Shown in pieces: positions 46,536-55,944 of a stretch of DNA of 64,000 bases. The stretch is taken from positions 1-64,000 of the IMG/VR virus record IMGVR_UViG_3300032163_000009; one strand, written 5' to 3'. This stretch comes from a virus. The position numbers and the translations under genes were made by a program. The notes below the pieces were generated by a model. The model saw nothing but the letters and a program-made list of their open reading frames with translations. It was not told the origin of the DNA and did not search any database. The first letter of the stretch is position 1, and every line of letters begins with the position of its first letter.

Positions 46536-47037
46536 TATATCTGCTCAAAGACAAACTGAGCAGGCAAGATATTACGGCACAAATAAATACTTTGAAAGGT
46601 ACAGCGTTGGAGAACCTGGCTTTTCTCTCATAATCAATGCGCTTGTCGAATACCATAATTTCAAACTTATTGGTGGACAGCAATTGAAAGCGAATTTTGC
46701 TATCAAATAAACCAGAGTCATTCAGTAGCATGGCAAACGGTTTTTGGAGTGCATACAATCTTTGAAGTATAGGCTCTCTTAGGCTATATGGCGGATTTGA
46801 AATAATCACGTCATATCTTTTTGGCTCATACCGAAAGAAATCTTGACCTGTTTCAATGTGCGAATTGGTTACGGTGAAACCGTGTGACCTGAACACACTG
46901 ACAAATTTACTATACTCTTTATCGAAGGGACACCAGACGATTGAACCGGTTTTTACATATTTCACAAGCGGCTCAATTGCATAAGCCTTTGTGTAGCTTT
47001 CATCGTGCCTGTTGAACTTGTATTGACGTGTGGACAT
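46536..47037 (-). pseudogene. AT-rich adenine DNA methyltransferase with a frameshift near the C-terminus
   Basis: VWCPFD, GQDFF and IISNPPYS. An alternative frame gives SIYLCRNILPAQFVFEQI*. Confidence 0.75.
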
Positions 47038-47266
47038 GTATCACCTATCTGATATTCGAGTGTGGCGGGCCGATCAATTCTCGCCAATCTGGATAGTCGT
47101 TGAATTCCATTTTATTTTCCTCACGGCAGAGCAGGGGGTTTGAATTGAGCATAATCCGGTAGCGTGTGAGTATTGAACTCAATACCCGTTTAGTCTGTTG
47201 CTCGTTGGACGTAATTTTCAATATGTTCAAAAGCCATTCAAGTGAAAAACATCTCCCCTGCCCTGC

Positions 47267-47872
47267 TCAGCGGTGCTTAATTGTTACCTCGTCTTCTTCA
47301 TCCAAGAAAACTGTTCGATCGCCGAAAGGCGTGCGCTGCTCTTTCGCTTTCAGTTGTGCGACAAGGTGTGCAGGCAGAGGACGCGGCGCACGCGGCTGAA
47401 TGGGTTGCAGCCAGCCGGAGCGCTTAAGCACCAAGGCCGTGATCACAATGACCGCCCCAGCGACGACGAGCAAGGTAACAATGGGGCCGAGGACTTGCCA
47501 TGCATCGGGCTTGGCGATCTTCACAAACTCCGGCACAGCGATCGGCGCGGCCACTGGCGCAGTGATCGGCTCAGCTACAGGTGCGGCGACTGGCACAGCC
47601 ACCGGCGCGGCGACCGGCACAGCGACATGACTAAGCAACGACACAGCGACGAAGCCCAACACCAAGACAGCGATGCCGATCAAGGCGAGGCCGCCGATCG
47701 CGCTGCGGCGTTCAGCCCCCTGCCCGCTTGTGTCACGCTCTGGCACTGACGCAGTCGCCGTGGCGTGGCCGCCTTGCATGGTGTAATGCTGCGGTCGCCC
47801 GACGATACGCGCCACGATGTAAACCGCCCCGACAAAAATGATCAACGCCCAACCTTCAAGTGTGATGTGCAT
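47267..47872 (-). CDS. 3-TM membrane protein with VAAP/VAVP repeats
   Basis: Hydrophobic segments; 12-nt repeat tract at ~47535-47625. Confidence 0.7.
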   Translation of the reverse strand: MHITLEGWALIIFVGAVYIVARIVGRPQHYTMQGGHATATASVPERDTSGQGAERRSAIGGLALIGIAVLVLGFVAVSLLSHVAVPVAAPVAVPVAAPVAEPITAPVAAPIAVPEFVKIAKPDAWQVLGPIVTLLVVAGAVIVITALVLKRSGWLQPIQPRAPRPLPAHLVAQLKAKEQRTPFGDRTVFLDEEDEVTIKHR

Positions 47873-48023
47873 TTAAGCCCCCTGCTCCATTGTTACCTTT
47901 GTTTTCATTGTTTCTGCCTTTGTTCTCTCTTGTACTCGAATGTTCTGTATTGTCTCCGAGCACAGACTTTGGGCGACCACTCCCCGCGCTTGGGGCAGGG
48001 GAGTGGTCGCCGCCTTGAAAAAT

Positions 48024-49217
48024 CTACAACCCGTTATCTCGGATGTGGCGGAACAGTTTGATCAAAGTGTCATGCTCGCCGACGAGATGGTTGCCGCCGT
48101 CCTCGCCCTGCCCCGGTTGGCTGATCACATAACCGGCACGCTGCAAAGGCTCAATCCAGTCCGACCATTTCTTGGAAGTATAGTTGGGCAACCAACGGAA
48201 GCCTGGGATCGTGTCGGAGTTTTCGGTCCATTGATACGGCAGTTTGTTGCGTTTGCCTTTGGCGCGCATGGCGGCACTGAGCAAGGCAACGACATGCTTG
48301 CGTTCAATGAATTTCTTTTGACGCTCTGCGAGTTCGGCTGGATCATCGGCGTAGAAAGTTTCGCGTCCGAGATTGCGGATCAACACACCGCTGGGCGTTG
48401 TCGGCAACGCGCCGGAAAAATTCTGACCTTGATGACTAACGACTTCGGCCTTTGGAGTTTCGGCGGCTGAATCCGCAGCCGGTGGTGTAAAGAATTCCTG
48501 TGGCTCACTTAGCCTCGAAGTCGGCGCAGCCAGCAAAAGAATTTCAGCGCCTTGCAACTCGCCCCAGCGGTTGTACCTCAATTTCAACCAGCCGCGATCC
48601 TTGTCCCAGAACGTGGTCGTTTTCGTGTTCAAGTGTCGCAGCAAGATCGCCAGTCCGATGATCGCCGCCAAGACACCCGCTGCCACTAAAAAGCCGATCG
48701 CCAATCGCCCGACGCCGTTGTTGTAATTGGATTGATCGATCGAGTCGTGCAAGTCTTGCGCGGTCTGCGTCGCTTGCACCATGGTATTGGTTTGCTGGAT
48801 GAGCGCGGCTTGCTGCGTCGCGCTCAGTGACACTTGCGACTCGATCGCCAGCGCGGTCGCGGTCGCTTTGACGATGGCCGATTTTTCTTGCAGCGCGATG
48901 GCCGTTGCTTGCAGGTTCAAGGCTTGCACCGTTGACGTGAAGATCAAGGCTTGGGCTTGCTGCGTCGCCATGATCGAGCGGCCTTGCGCATCGACTTGCG
49001 CCTGAACCTGCGCGGTCGCCTCGGCAATCCTCACATTCAAAGCTTGCTGCGTCGCGCGCAAATTATCTTGTTGGGAATTGATCGACACCGATTGACCCGC
49101 CAGACCGATCGACGGCGGTTCACTTTGATCAGCTGAACTCACCGCGAAGCAACCGGCCAAAATAAAACTAGACAGTCCGATCGCCGTCAGTGCCAATAAT
49201 TTTCGGTTAGTCATCAT
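48024..49217 (-). CDS. lipoprotein/membrane protein with ATQ/TA-rich coil
   Basis: Lipobox LAGC, ATQQA repeats, one TM. Confidence 0.75.
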   Translation of the reverse strand: MMTNRKLLALTAIGLSSFILAGCFAVSSADQSEPPSIGLAGQSVSINSQQDNLRATQQALNVRIAEATAQVQAQVDAQGRSIMATQQAQALIFTSTVQALNLQATAIALQEKSAIVKATATALAIESQVSLSATQQAALIQQTNTMVQATQTAQDLHDSIDQSNYNNGVGRLAIGFLVAAGVLAAIIGLAILLRHLNTKTTTFWDKDRGWLKLRYNRWGELQGAEILLLAAPTSRLSEPQEFFTPPAADSAAETPKAEVVSHQGQNFSGALPTTPSGVLIRNLGRETFYADDPAELAERQKKFIERKHVVALLSAAMRAKGKRNKLPYQWTENSDTIPGFRWLPNYTSKKWSDWIEPLQRAGYVISQPGQGEDGGNHLVGEHDTLIKLFRHIRDNGL

Positions 49218-49638
49218 CACTCTCCGTCGCCCGTCGTTCGTTCAAGATCATTTCCAATTGGGTAGCTGCTTCATCAATGCTCGTCCGATCAACGCTCGGC
49301 AAGAAATCGATCGTCGGTTGCGGCCATTCAATTTTCTCCGGCGTGTAATTCGGGCGGCTGCTTTGAACTCGATGCAAAAACATTCGAGCGCCTTCATCAC
49401 TGAATCCCATTTGTGTTTTGTGTTTCATGATCAAGCGGTCGAGCCATTGGCGCTGGCGGGGCGTGATACGATCCGACTTCGCCAACTGCTGAACAAATTT
49501 ATCGGCCTGATTGAACGCGCCAAATTTGCAGCGACTCAATTTCTTGATCGCCTCGCGCTCCGCGTCTGTCTGATCAAACCACACCACCGGCACTTTGGTT
49601 GTCATTCGCTGTCCCCTCACCTGCTTCATTTGCTTCAT
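49207..49638 (-). CDS. hypothetical protein
   Basis: Operon position. Confidence 0.6.
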   Translation of the reverse strand: MKQMKQVRGQRMTTKVPVVWFDQTDAEREAIKKLSRCKFGAFNQADKFVQQLAKSDRITPRQRQWLDRLIMKHKTQMGFSDEGARMFLHRVQSSRPNYTPEKIEWPQPTIDFLPSVDRTSIDEAATQLEMILNERRATESDDD

Positions 49639-49888
49639 CTATTTCTTGCCACCGCGCAGGTGGCACATATTGACTGCCCACAATTTTCAATTCATACCAA
49701 GTGCGCCCGACGATCACCAGTCCCTCTTTCGCCAAGGCGTTCAAAATATATTTCAAGTGACTGGCTGACGACACCTTGAACCGTTTGATCACCTCAGCCC
49801 GATCAGGCAACGCGCCTTGATGATCGATCAAGTATTGAACAAGGTAACGGTAGAGGGCGTGATAGTTTTTCTTGCGTGTGCCTGACAT
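49574..49888 (-). CDS. LexA-like winged-helix DNA-binding protein
   Basis: Y...H...P.RAEV...F.VSS.S.....L..L.KEGLV. Confidence 0.7.
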   Translation of the reverse strand: MSGTRKKNYHALYRYLVQYLIDHQGALPDRAEVIKRFKVSSASHLKYILNALAKEGLVIVGRTWYELKIVGSQYVPPARWQEIDEANEAGEGTANDNQSAGGVV

Positions 49889-50305
49889 GCCGGTATCTTA
49901 GTTCATAACGCCTAAAATGTCCAGTGGCAATTTTAAGCCGTGCGGTAGACACCGCAGCGATGCATTGGCGCAGCGCGGCAAAGAATAACGGCAACGCCTA
50001 CGGTTGAATTTCAACGCGGCTGGACTAAAATGATGTGGACTATGTGTTCGCATGTGCGACGCGCTGCTGTGTGCTTTTAGCACTGCAAACAATATACCCA
50101 AACTGCGCAGCGCGTCCTACCCGTTTTGGGGCGATTTTGGTCCCGCCGTCCAGCCCCTAAACTGCCCGCAGGACGCTTGAGAACCCAAAAGAGCGCCCCT
50201 ACAGCCCTATCTATATGTAGGAACAGCCCCAAATAAGCGCTGCGCAACGCTGCAAACAACCCCCAAAACTGACATTGTAGACCCCTCTTTTTGCCCAGTT
50301 GATAG

Positions 50306-50334
50306 TTGACATTTACTGTATAAACGTTTATACT
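50306..50334 (+). promoter_or_regulatory. consensus sigma70 early promoter with overlapping palindromic operator
   Basis: TTGACA-17-TATACT; 16-bp palindrome GTATAAACGTTTATAC at 50318-50333. Confidence 0.88.
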
Positions 50335-50340
50335 GTTTTT

Positions 50341-51095
50341 GCAACAAGCAATTGCAACGCGCAGATGGATAGCAAGACACACAACGGTTTGGGAACGTAA
50401 AAGGAATTTCTGCACAGGTTTCCCACCCGATCTAGGCGCGCAAAAAACAAAATGGAACGGTACTGCGTTTAAGAGTTTGTGTGTTGCGCAGTGCAGCAGG
50501 TTGAGGAATGTTTGTGAAGTGCAGATGGCGGTCGTTTTTTCGGGCAGCGCGCCAGCAAGTGCAAAGTAACAAAAAACATTCAACCTAAAGCACAGCGCGT
50601 AGAACGCTAAACAAACCACAGGCCACATTTTGAAATAGCAGTTGTGCAAATAGTGTGAGGAGTTGTTAGCATGTGCGAACGGGCTAACATGCGCAGCAGA
50701 AAATAATAGCTGCGCAGGATCGCTACACTTGGGGATGAACACGCTCCAGAAAATTGAGAACTGTTTGTGGACTGGGCTACATGCGCAGCAAACAAACTGA
50801 ACAGCAAATTGTTCGTAACCTCTCAAATCCATTTAGTCCACTCACTGCCGCACTTGTAGAAAGTTTACAAGGCGACAAACAAAACACCTACATCCGGCCA
50901 GACCGGTGACATACTTTGCAAATCGTTTGGACTAGAAAATTGTTAGGCGCTGCGGACTGCGAGCAGGTTTGCACACGTTGCAAAATAACTCCGCTGGACA
51001 GCTTCAACGTCCGTAACCCGCAGCGCCTAACCCAACGATTGAAAATAAATTTTGCAGCCCGTTCGACGCGCTGCAAAATTTGCGTTCAACCAAAT
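50341..51095 (+). ncRNA. putative large structured non-coding RNA / leader
   Basis: No credible ORF; at least 8 stems, several nested, with G-U pairs in the plus sense. Confidence 0.6.
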
Positions 51096-51124
51096 CCAAA
51101 ACGCAGAACACAGGAGAACAAAAA

Positions 51125-51811
51125 ATGGCACTGCAATCGAAACAAAGCGTGGTAAAGGAAATTACGAAATTGGAATTGAAACTGCGCGGCAAGTTTTTTC
51201 AAGAGCGAGGCCGGACGTGGTTTAGCAGCAAGTTGACTCGCAAGCAACGCGCTGACATTGAATGGCGGGTCGCAGTGCATCATCGTTGGTTCGAGATGCA
51301 CTTGACCGCAGCCGAATACAAAAAACTGAAAGCAGAGTACGGCTGTGAACGCAAAGGCTGCTATGTGTTCGTCACCGCGCAGTTAGAAACAGTGCGCGTG
51401 ACGATCCCGGCGGCTAAGTTCAGCGGCAAACAAACGCGCGAAAATTTCCAAATCGATTTTATCGAACGCGACTACATGGCAAAGCAAGTGCAACGCACAA
51501 GGAGCAATGACATGCACAACAAGGTAATTAAAACCGATCTTAAGACTTTTGAGCGCGACCGAGAAACTGCACTGAAAGAATTTTGCGTTTGGCACAATTT
51601 GAAAATTGTCAAACGCTATACGACGCGCACCGAATACGCCGTCCCCAAAGGCAACTTACTGCGCGGCGGCGACACAAACGATCGCGTGCTGATGGCATGT
51701 GGTTGCCGATTGCGCTACGAATATTTGAAAGGTTGGCGGTTTGCAGATAAACACGCAGCCCGACATGAAACAAACTGCGCTGACAATGAATTCAACGGTT
51801 ACGTTTGGTAA
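51125..51811 (+). CDS. hypothetical early protein
   Basis: AGGAG RBS. Confidence 0.7.
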   Translation: MALQSKQSVVKEITKLELKLRGKFFQERGRTWFSSKLTRKQRADIEWRVAVHHRWFEMHLTAAEYKKLKAEYGCERKGCYVFVTAQLETVRVTIPAAKFSGKQTRENFQIDFIERDYMAKQVQRTRSNDMHNKVIKTDLKTFERDRETALKEFCVWHNLKIVKRYTTRTEYAVPKGNLLRGGDTNDRVLMACGCRLRYEYLKGWRFADKHAARHETNCADNEFNGYVW

Positions 51812-51840
51812 CCACTCAATCACCTCAAGGAGAAAATAAA

Positions 51841-52413
51841 ATGTCCGACAAAAATTTGAATCAACTATTGAAGAAGGCCGACGAAGCCCGCAGTCAAGTG
51901 AACTACTTTACAGACGCCCAGTTAGCTTACCGGTTAATCGCCCGACGCGGCTCCAAAGGTTTTGTGCGCAGCGCGAAAGAAGGTCAAGTGTACGACCAGA
52001 TGGCGTGCGTGGCAGTGCAATTGAAGAAGGATGTGCTTGCCGGTGACACCACACACATTTCATTGAGCATCGGAGCAGCCAAAGAACTGCGCAGCCAATT
52101 GAACACCGCGATCGAGCAGTATGAATTTGCAACGCGACAAGATGACATTGAAACGCGAGCACGCGAGGACGCCAAGGCGGGCTTGAAGCCGCTGATGATT
52201 TGGACGGCGATTGTGGAATGGCGACTGTGCGGCAGCAACACTGTAGGCGGCAAAGAAGTGATCGAGCGCGAAGAAGTAGATTTGCAAATCCGCAGCGACG
52301 ATCGAACGATTGCGCGTGAGGCAATGAAAGAGGAACTGTCGCGCAATTACCGCGAGGGCGGCAAAATTATTTCGATGGGCAAGCGCGGCAACCTGTCCGT
52401 TTATCAACTGTAA
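51841..52413 (+). CDS. hypothetical early protein
   Basis: AAGGAG RBS. Confidence 0.7.
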   Translation: MSDKNLNQLLKKADEARSQVNYFTDAQLAYRLIARRGSKGFVRSAKEGQVYDQMACVAVQLKKDVLAGDTTHISLSIGAAKELRSQLNTAIEQYEFATRQDDIETRAREDAKAGLKPLMIWTAIVEWRLCGSNTVGGKEVIEREEVDLQIRSDDRTIAREAMKEELSRNYREGGKIISMGKRGNLSVYQL

Positions 52414-52423
52414 AAGATTCGAA

Positions 52424-52551
52424 CGCGCTGCGCAGTGCAACGCCCTCACCCACCGGCGAGGAGGCAAGACTTAGGCACTGCGCAGCGCGGGTTATTGTTT
52501 TGCCCGCGTGTGCGTTGGCAACGACGCATAGGCGGGCAAGCCGGTAACGGT
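52424..52551 (+). ncRNA. intergenic structured RNA element with GNRA tetraloops
   Basis: 15-bp perfect stem 52424-52438/52475-52489; GCAA- and GTAA-capped hairpins. Confidence 0.55.
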
Positions 52552-52581
52552 TTGACTACATTTTGATCGGAGAAAAATAAA

Positions 52582-52860
52582 ATGGCACACCTTGAAAATG
52601 AAATCGCTCCACTATCATCTAGCGTAAAAAAGGAAATCAGAAACAAACTCGACGGGCTGGCAGACAAAGTTACTTTCCACCGCGACGGCAGTATCGAGAT
52701 TCGCTTCGGCTTCTTTTATCGTCACGGCATGACGACCGAGACTTGCAAGAAAAATGTATTGGCCGTCGTGCCCGATGCAAAATTTGTCGAAGATGAATGC
52801 TTTGAGAATTGGCAGCCGTGGCCGCGTGACTCTTACTTCAAGATCACCTTCAAGATTTAA
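52582..52860 (+). CDS. hypothetical protein
   Basis: ATCGGAGA RBS. Confidence 0.7.
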   Translation: MAHLENEIAPLSSSVKKEIRNKLDGLADKVTFHRDGSIEIRFGFFYRHGMTTETCKKNVLAVVPDAKFVEDECFENWQPWPRDSYFKITFKI

Positions 52861-52893
52861 GATCAATTCCAAATTTCAATCGGAGGCAGTGAC

Positions 52894-53193
52894 ATGATTA
52901 AAACAATTCAATATACACTCAGGTTCACTGAGGGCATTGCTTCATCGATGAAGCACCATATAACAATAACGTGTGGGAGTGTAACTGGAAAGGCGACTGT
53001 CGAAATTACAGAAACAGATGACGGCCGGCTTGGTGATGGCTCTAAGGAAAATCCGTTCATTGGGCGACTGTTAGAAATGGCGGACGACCATGAAGTGAAT
53101 CTAAGCGGGCCGTATGACGCACGCGGGAATTTCAGAAACTTGAGCGGCGCACATGAATATGGTTCACCGCGCAATCTGGACATCGAGAAGTAA
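52894..53193 (+). CDS. hypothetical protein flanked by direct repeats
   Basis: AAATTTCAATCGGAGGCA on both sides. Confidence 0.65.
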   Translation: MIKTIQYTLRFTEGIASSMKHHITITCGSVTGKATVEITETDDGRLGDGSKENPFIGRLLEMADDHEVNLSGPYDARGNFRNLSGAHEYGSPRNLDIEK

Positions 53194-53215
53194 AATTTCA
53201 ATCGGAGGCAACGAC

Positions 53216-53485
53216 ATGCTCGCTTTACATCGCACGGCCAAGACGCAGCGTCAAACCAACAGCACATTGACGGACTGCGTCGTTAAGACTTTCCTGATCG
53301 AGATCGAAGACGCGCTGCGCACTTACTGTCAACAGCACGGCTTCACGATCGACCGGCGCCGGATCGTGTTCATCAAAGAGGCGCGCAACATCGGCGCGCT
53401 GACCGTCAACATCGCGCTGGTCAAGCGCGGAGGTCGGCACTTCACGCTATACGAACAAAACGCGCAATGGTGCAAAGTCAACTGA
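53216..53485 (+). CDS. hypothetical protein
   Basis: ATCGGAGG RBS. Confidence 0.65.
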   Translation: MLALHRTAKTQRQTNSTLTDCVVKTFLIEIEDALRTYCQQHGFTIDRRRIVFIKEARNIGALTVNIALVKRGGRHFTLYEQNAQWCKVN

Positions 53486-53514
53486 ACGACATTCAAATGA
53501 TCGGAGGATCAAAA

Positions 53515-53757
53515 ATGACTGAGCAAGAAGCAAATCAATTGAAAGCCGTGTTAGGCGGTGAGGTATTGCAAACGGGCGGCGGTGTGTATGTGCTGATCCT
53601 AAAAGAAGTCAACCGGCCATACTGCGACGACGCTCGCGTGTTGGTGTTTAGCGGTGAAGTGATTGCGGAATACTTTAGCCGCGAGTTCTTTGACGATGGT
53701 ATGCAACCAGCCGCAGAGTATGACTTAGACACGGTGGTTAATTATGACCAAAGTTAA
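53515..53757 (+). CDS. hypothetical protein
   Basis: ATCGGAGG RBS. Confidence 0.65.
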   Translation: MTEQEANQLKAVLGGEVLQTGGGVYVLILKEVNRPYCDDARVLVFSGEVIAEYFSREFFDDGMQPAAEYDLDTVVNYDQS

Positions 53758-54274
53758 TTACGATCGCACGGACGTTCGCGCGACGGTCGAAGCAGCGCAT
53801 CGCGTGATCGGCAGCATCGAAACTTCCAAAGTGAAGTTCGTGTATGCGACGGCCAACGGCTTTGTGGTGTCCGGCGTGAAGCCGCCGATCGCTCAAGACT
53901 ACTACCGAGTGACGTTCGACCAGCACGAATTGATCACGGCCAACCCGCAAGAGTATTATGCGTTTGGCTTCGTGATCGCCACGGCCAACAACGGCGCGAA
54001 AGACACCTGTACCTACATGGGCAATGAAGACACACTCGACAAAGCGATCGAACGGGTGACCGGCGCAGTCATTAGATACATGCGCGAGGGCGTGATTGTT
54101 TATCGCGCCGAAGTCAATCGCATGTGCAAGCGCTGTAATTTCACCGGCACGATCGGCAAGATCGGCCACGCGCAGACTTGCCCTAGTTGTCGGGGTGCGC
54201 CGTTGATGAAGGTTGAGCGCGTCTTGATCGACTTGCCTTTTACAGCGGGCAAGGTGTGGAATGTAAAGGATTAA
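53744..54274 (+). CDS. hypothetical protein with DnaJ-like CxxCxxxG zinc motifs
   Basis: CKRCNFTG and CPSCRG. Confidence 0.65.
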   Translation: MTKVNYDRTDVRATVEAAHRVIGSIETSKVKFVYATANGFVVSGVKPPIAQDYYRVTFDQHELITANPQEYYAFGFVIATANNGAKDTCTYMGNEDTLDKAIERVTGAVIRYMREGVIVYRAEVNRMCKRCNFTGTIGKIGHAQTCPSCRGAPLMKVERVLIDLPFTAGKVWNVKD

Positions 54275-54297
54275 ATCTGATTCGGAGAAATCGAAAA

Positions 54298-54567
54298 ATG
54301 AAACACTCTAAACGTCCAGCACTATTGGCCGCCGCTGAATATCTTGGCACTTACTGCCTGATGCAAATGCAGGTTGAACGCTTGATCGAATTGGTGCGCG
54401 AGCATCGGCACACCGACATCACGGCCATCCGTGATCAAAGCCAACCGCGCTGCTTCAAGGTGTCCGTCGCACACAACAATGATTGGGATCGCAATGACTA
54501 TTTGAATCTGGCCGCATTTGTAGCAAGGGCGGTTACGGTCTTGCCAGAGGCACAGCATGTCGCCTAA
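54298..54567 (+). CDS. hypothetical protein
   Basis: TTCGGAGA RBS. Confidence 0.6.
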   Translation: MKHSKRPALLAAAEYLGTYCLMQMQVERLIELVREHRHTDITAIRDQSQPRCFKVSVAHNNDWDRNDYLNLAAFVARAVTVLPEAQHVA

Positions 54568-54898
54568 AGTCAGAATCGTTCACGTCAAGCGCGGCATGAC
54601 CGCCGCGAATGTGATCAAGCACCTGCGCGTGATACTCGAAGCGCAGCGCCAGTCGTTGATCGACAACACTGCGCAGGAATGGGTGGAGTATTATCACAAC
54701 CAAGTCCAGCAAATGATCGCCGCGATCGGCGCACTGGATGGCGGCGCTGATATTGTGACGGTGTTGGCGCAGGTGAAGAAATTTATCAACGGCAACTACT
54801 TGAGTTCGATCGCGCGGCTGTATGAAGCCAATCGCTACGGCTTTAAGCCCGACGACAACTGGCAAGTCATTGACGGCGATCTCGTAAGGCAAACCTAA
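54557..54898 (+). CDS. hypothetical protein
   Basis: Overlapping operon gene. Confidence 0.6.
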   Translation: MSPKVRIVHVKRGMTAANVIKHLRVILEAQRQSLIDNTAQEWVEYYHNQVQQMIAAIGALDGGADIVTVLAQVKKFINGNYLSSIARLYEANRYGFKPDDNWQVIDGDLVRQT

Positions 54899-55302
54899 TG
54901 CCCAATCAAGAACTGTTTCAATGGCTAAGCCAATTTCGCAACACCAGCAACGGCGACACGTTTAGAATCGGTCAAGCCGACTTGATGATTCACTCGCAAC
55001 GCCACACCACTGATCGCGTGAACTTGGATGAGATCGTGACACGCGATCGAGGCCGCGGCTACGGCGGCACAGCACTGAAAGAATTTTGCACTGCGCTCGA
55101 TCGTTGCAAAGTGACTTGCGTGCTGGTGTGTGAACCGTTTTCAGTAACGTATCACACGCTTGACGGCGAGGAAGAAATCATCGCGCCGTCGCAGTCGTGG
55201 CGACAACTGCAAGCGTGGTATCGAAAGTTTGGCTTCAAGGGCAGCGGCAAGGTCATGATTCGCAGGCCGCAAAGCCAGTTCGCCGAAGGAGATAAAAGAT
55301 GA
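54898..55302 (+). CDS. GNAT-family acetyltransferase-like protein
   Basis: RGRGYG acetyl-CoA loop; L..WYRKFGF. Confidence 0.75.
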   Translation: MPNQELFQWLSQFRNTSNGDTFRIGQADLMIHSQRHTTDRVNLDEIVTRDRGRGYGGTALKEFCTALDRCKVTCVLVCEPFSVTYHTLDGEEEIIAPSQSWRQLQAWYRKFGFKGSGKVMIRRPQSQFAEGDKR

Positions 55303-55736
55303 CGGATGTCGAACAGGACTTGATGGACTATTTACGCAGTGTAAGCGAGATGACTCAAGGCCGATCGCTTGAAGGCGTGGTGTTGAAGCACGTCCGAATC
55401 TGCCTTGCACAGAAGTTACCGTCCGGCTGCAAGCGCGGGCCTAAAGGCATGTGCTTCATGAACGCCTACCATCTAGTTTGCTCCAAGCCGGAGTTGTCGT
55501 ATGTGGAAGGCTTCGCTATGACGGAGGTTGTGCCAATCGCTATTCGGCACGCTTGGGCGGTTGATAAACAAAATCAAGTCTACGACAACACTTGGAAGAC
55601 AGTCGGGGTGGCTTACTTCGGCATTGTAATGAAGTTGAATCAAGTCAACAAGATAATTTTTGAGACAAAGCGCTACGGCGTGCTGGATTTTTCCAGCGCA
55701 GCGTTCCGAAAGATGGTGGAGGTGAAGGATGCCTAA
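55299..55736 (+). CDS. hypothetical protein with C/H/D (transglutaminase-like) motifs
   Basis: CFMNA, YVEG, HAW, YDNTW, YFG. Confidence 0.6.
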   Translation: MTDVEQDLMDYLRSVSEMTQGRSLEGVVLKHVRICLAQKLPSGCKRGPKGMCFMNAYHLVCSKPELSYVEGFAMTEVVPIAIRHAWAVDKQNQVYDNTWKTVGVAYFGIVMKLNQVNKIIFETKRYGVLDFSSAAFRKMVEVKDA

Positions 55737-55935
55737 GACGCTTGTTTCATCCCCGCAAGTGGTGCGCTATCAGAAAGAATTTGTCAATCGCACCTGGCGC
55801 GTTGTGCCGCACATTTTCGACAACGGCGAAAAGGCTGACGAATGGGCGGCGAGTCACCGCTGGCTGCACTGGGTTGTCCCCGCTGATTTTGGCGGCCACA
55901 AAGTTCTCGACGCGATCGATCATCGCGGCGAATAG
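55729..55935 (+). CDS. hypothetical protein
   Basis: GGAGG RBS. Confidence 0.5.
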   Translation: MPKTLVSSPQVVRYQKEFVNRTWRVVPHIFDNGEKADEWAASHRWLHWVVPADFGGHKVLDAIDHRGE

Positions 55936-55944
55936 GAGCCTGAC

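Noticed and set aside
50077-50832. 251-aa minus-strand ORF in the control region
   Set aside because: Cys/Phe-rich atypical composition; overlaps the promoter and structured region; no RBS.
50942-51090. GTTAGGC...GCCTAAC as another attC cassette
   Set aside because: The two sites are ends of one 14-bp perfect stem, and the palindrome after GCCTAAC has no closing GTT core. It fits RNA structure better.
50100-51100. CRISPR-like array from recurring TGCGCA
   Set aside because: No constant repeat length or regular spacing.
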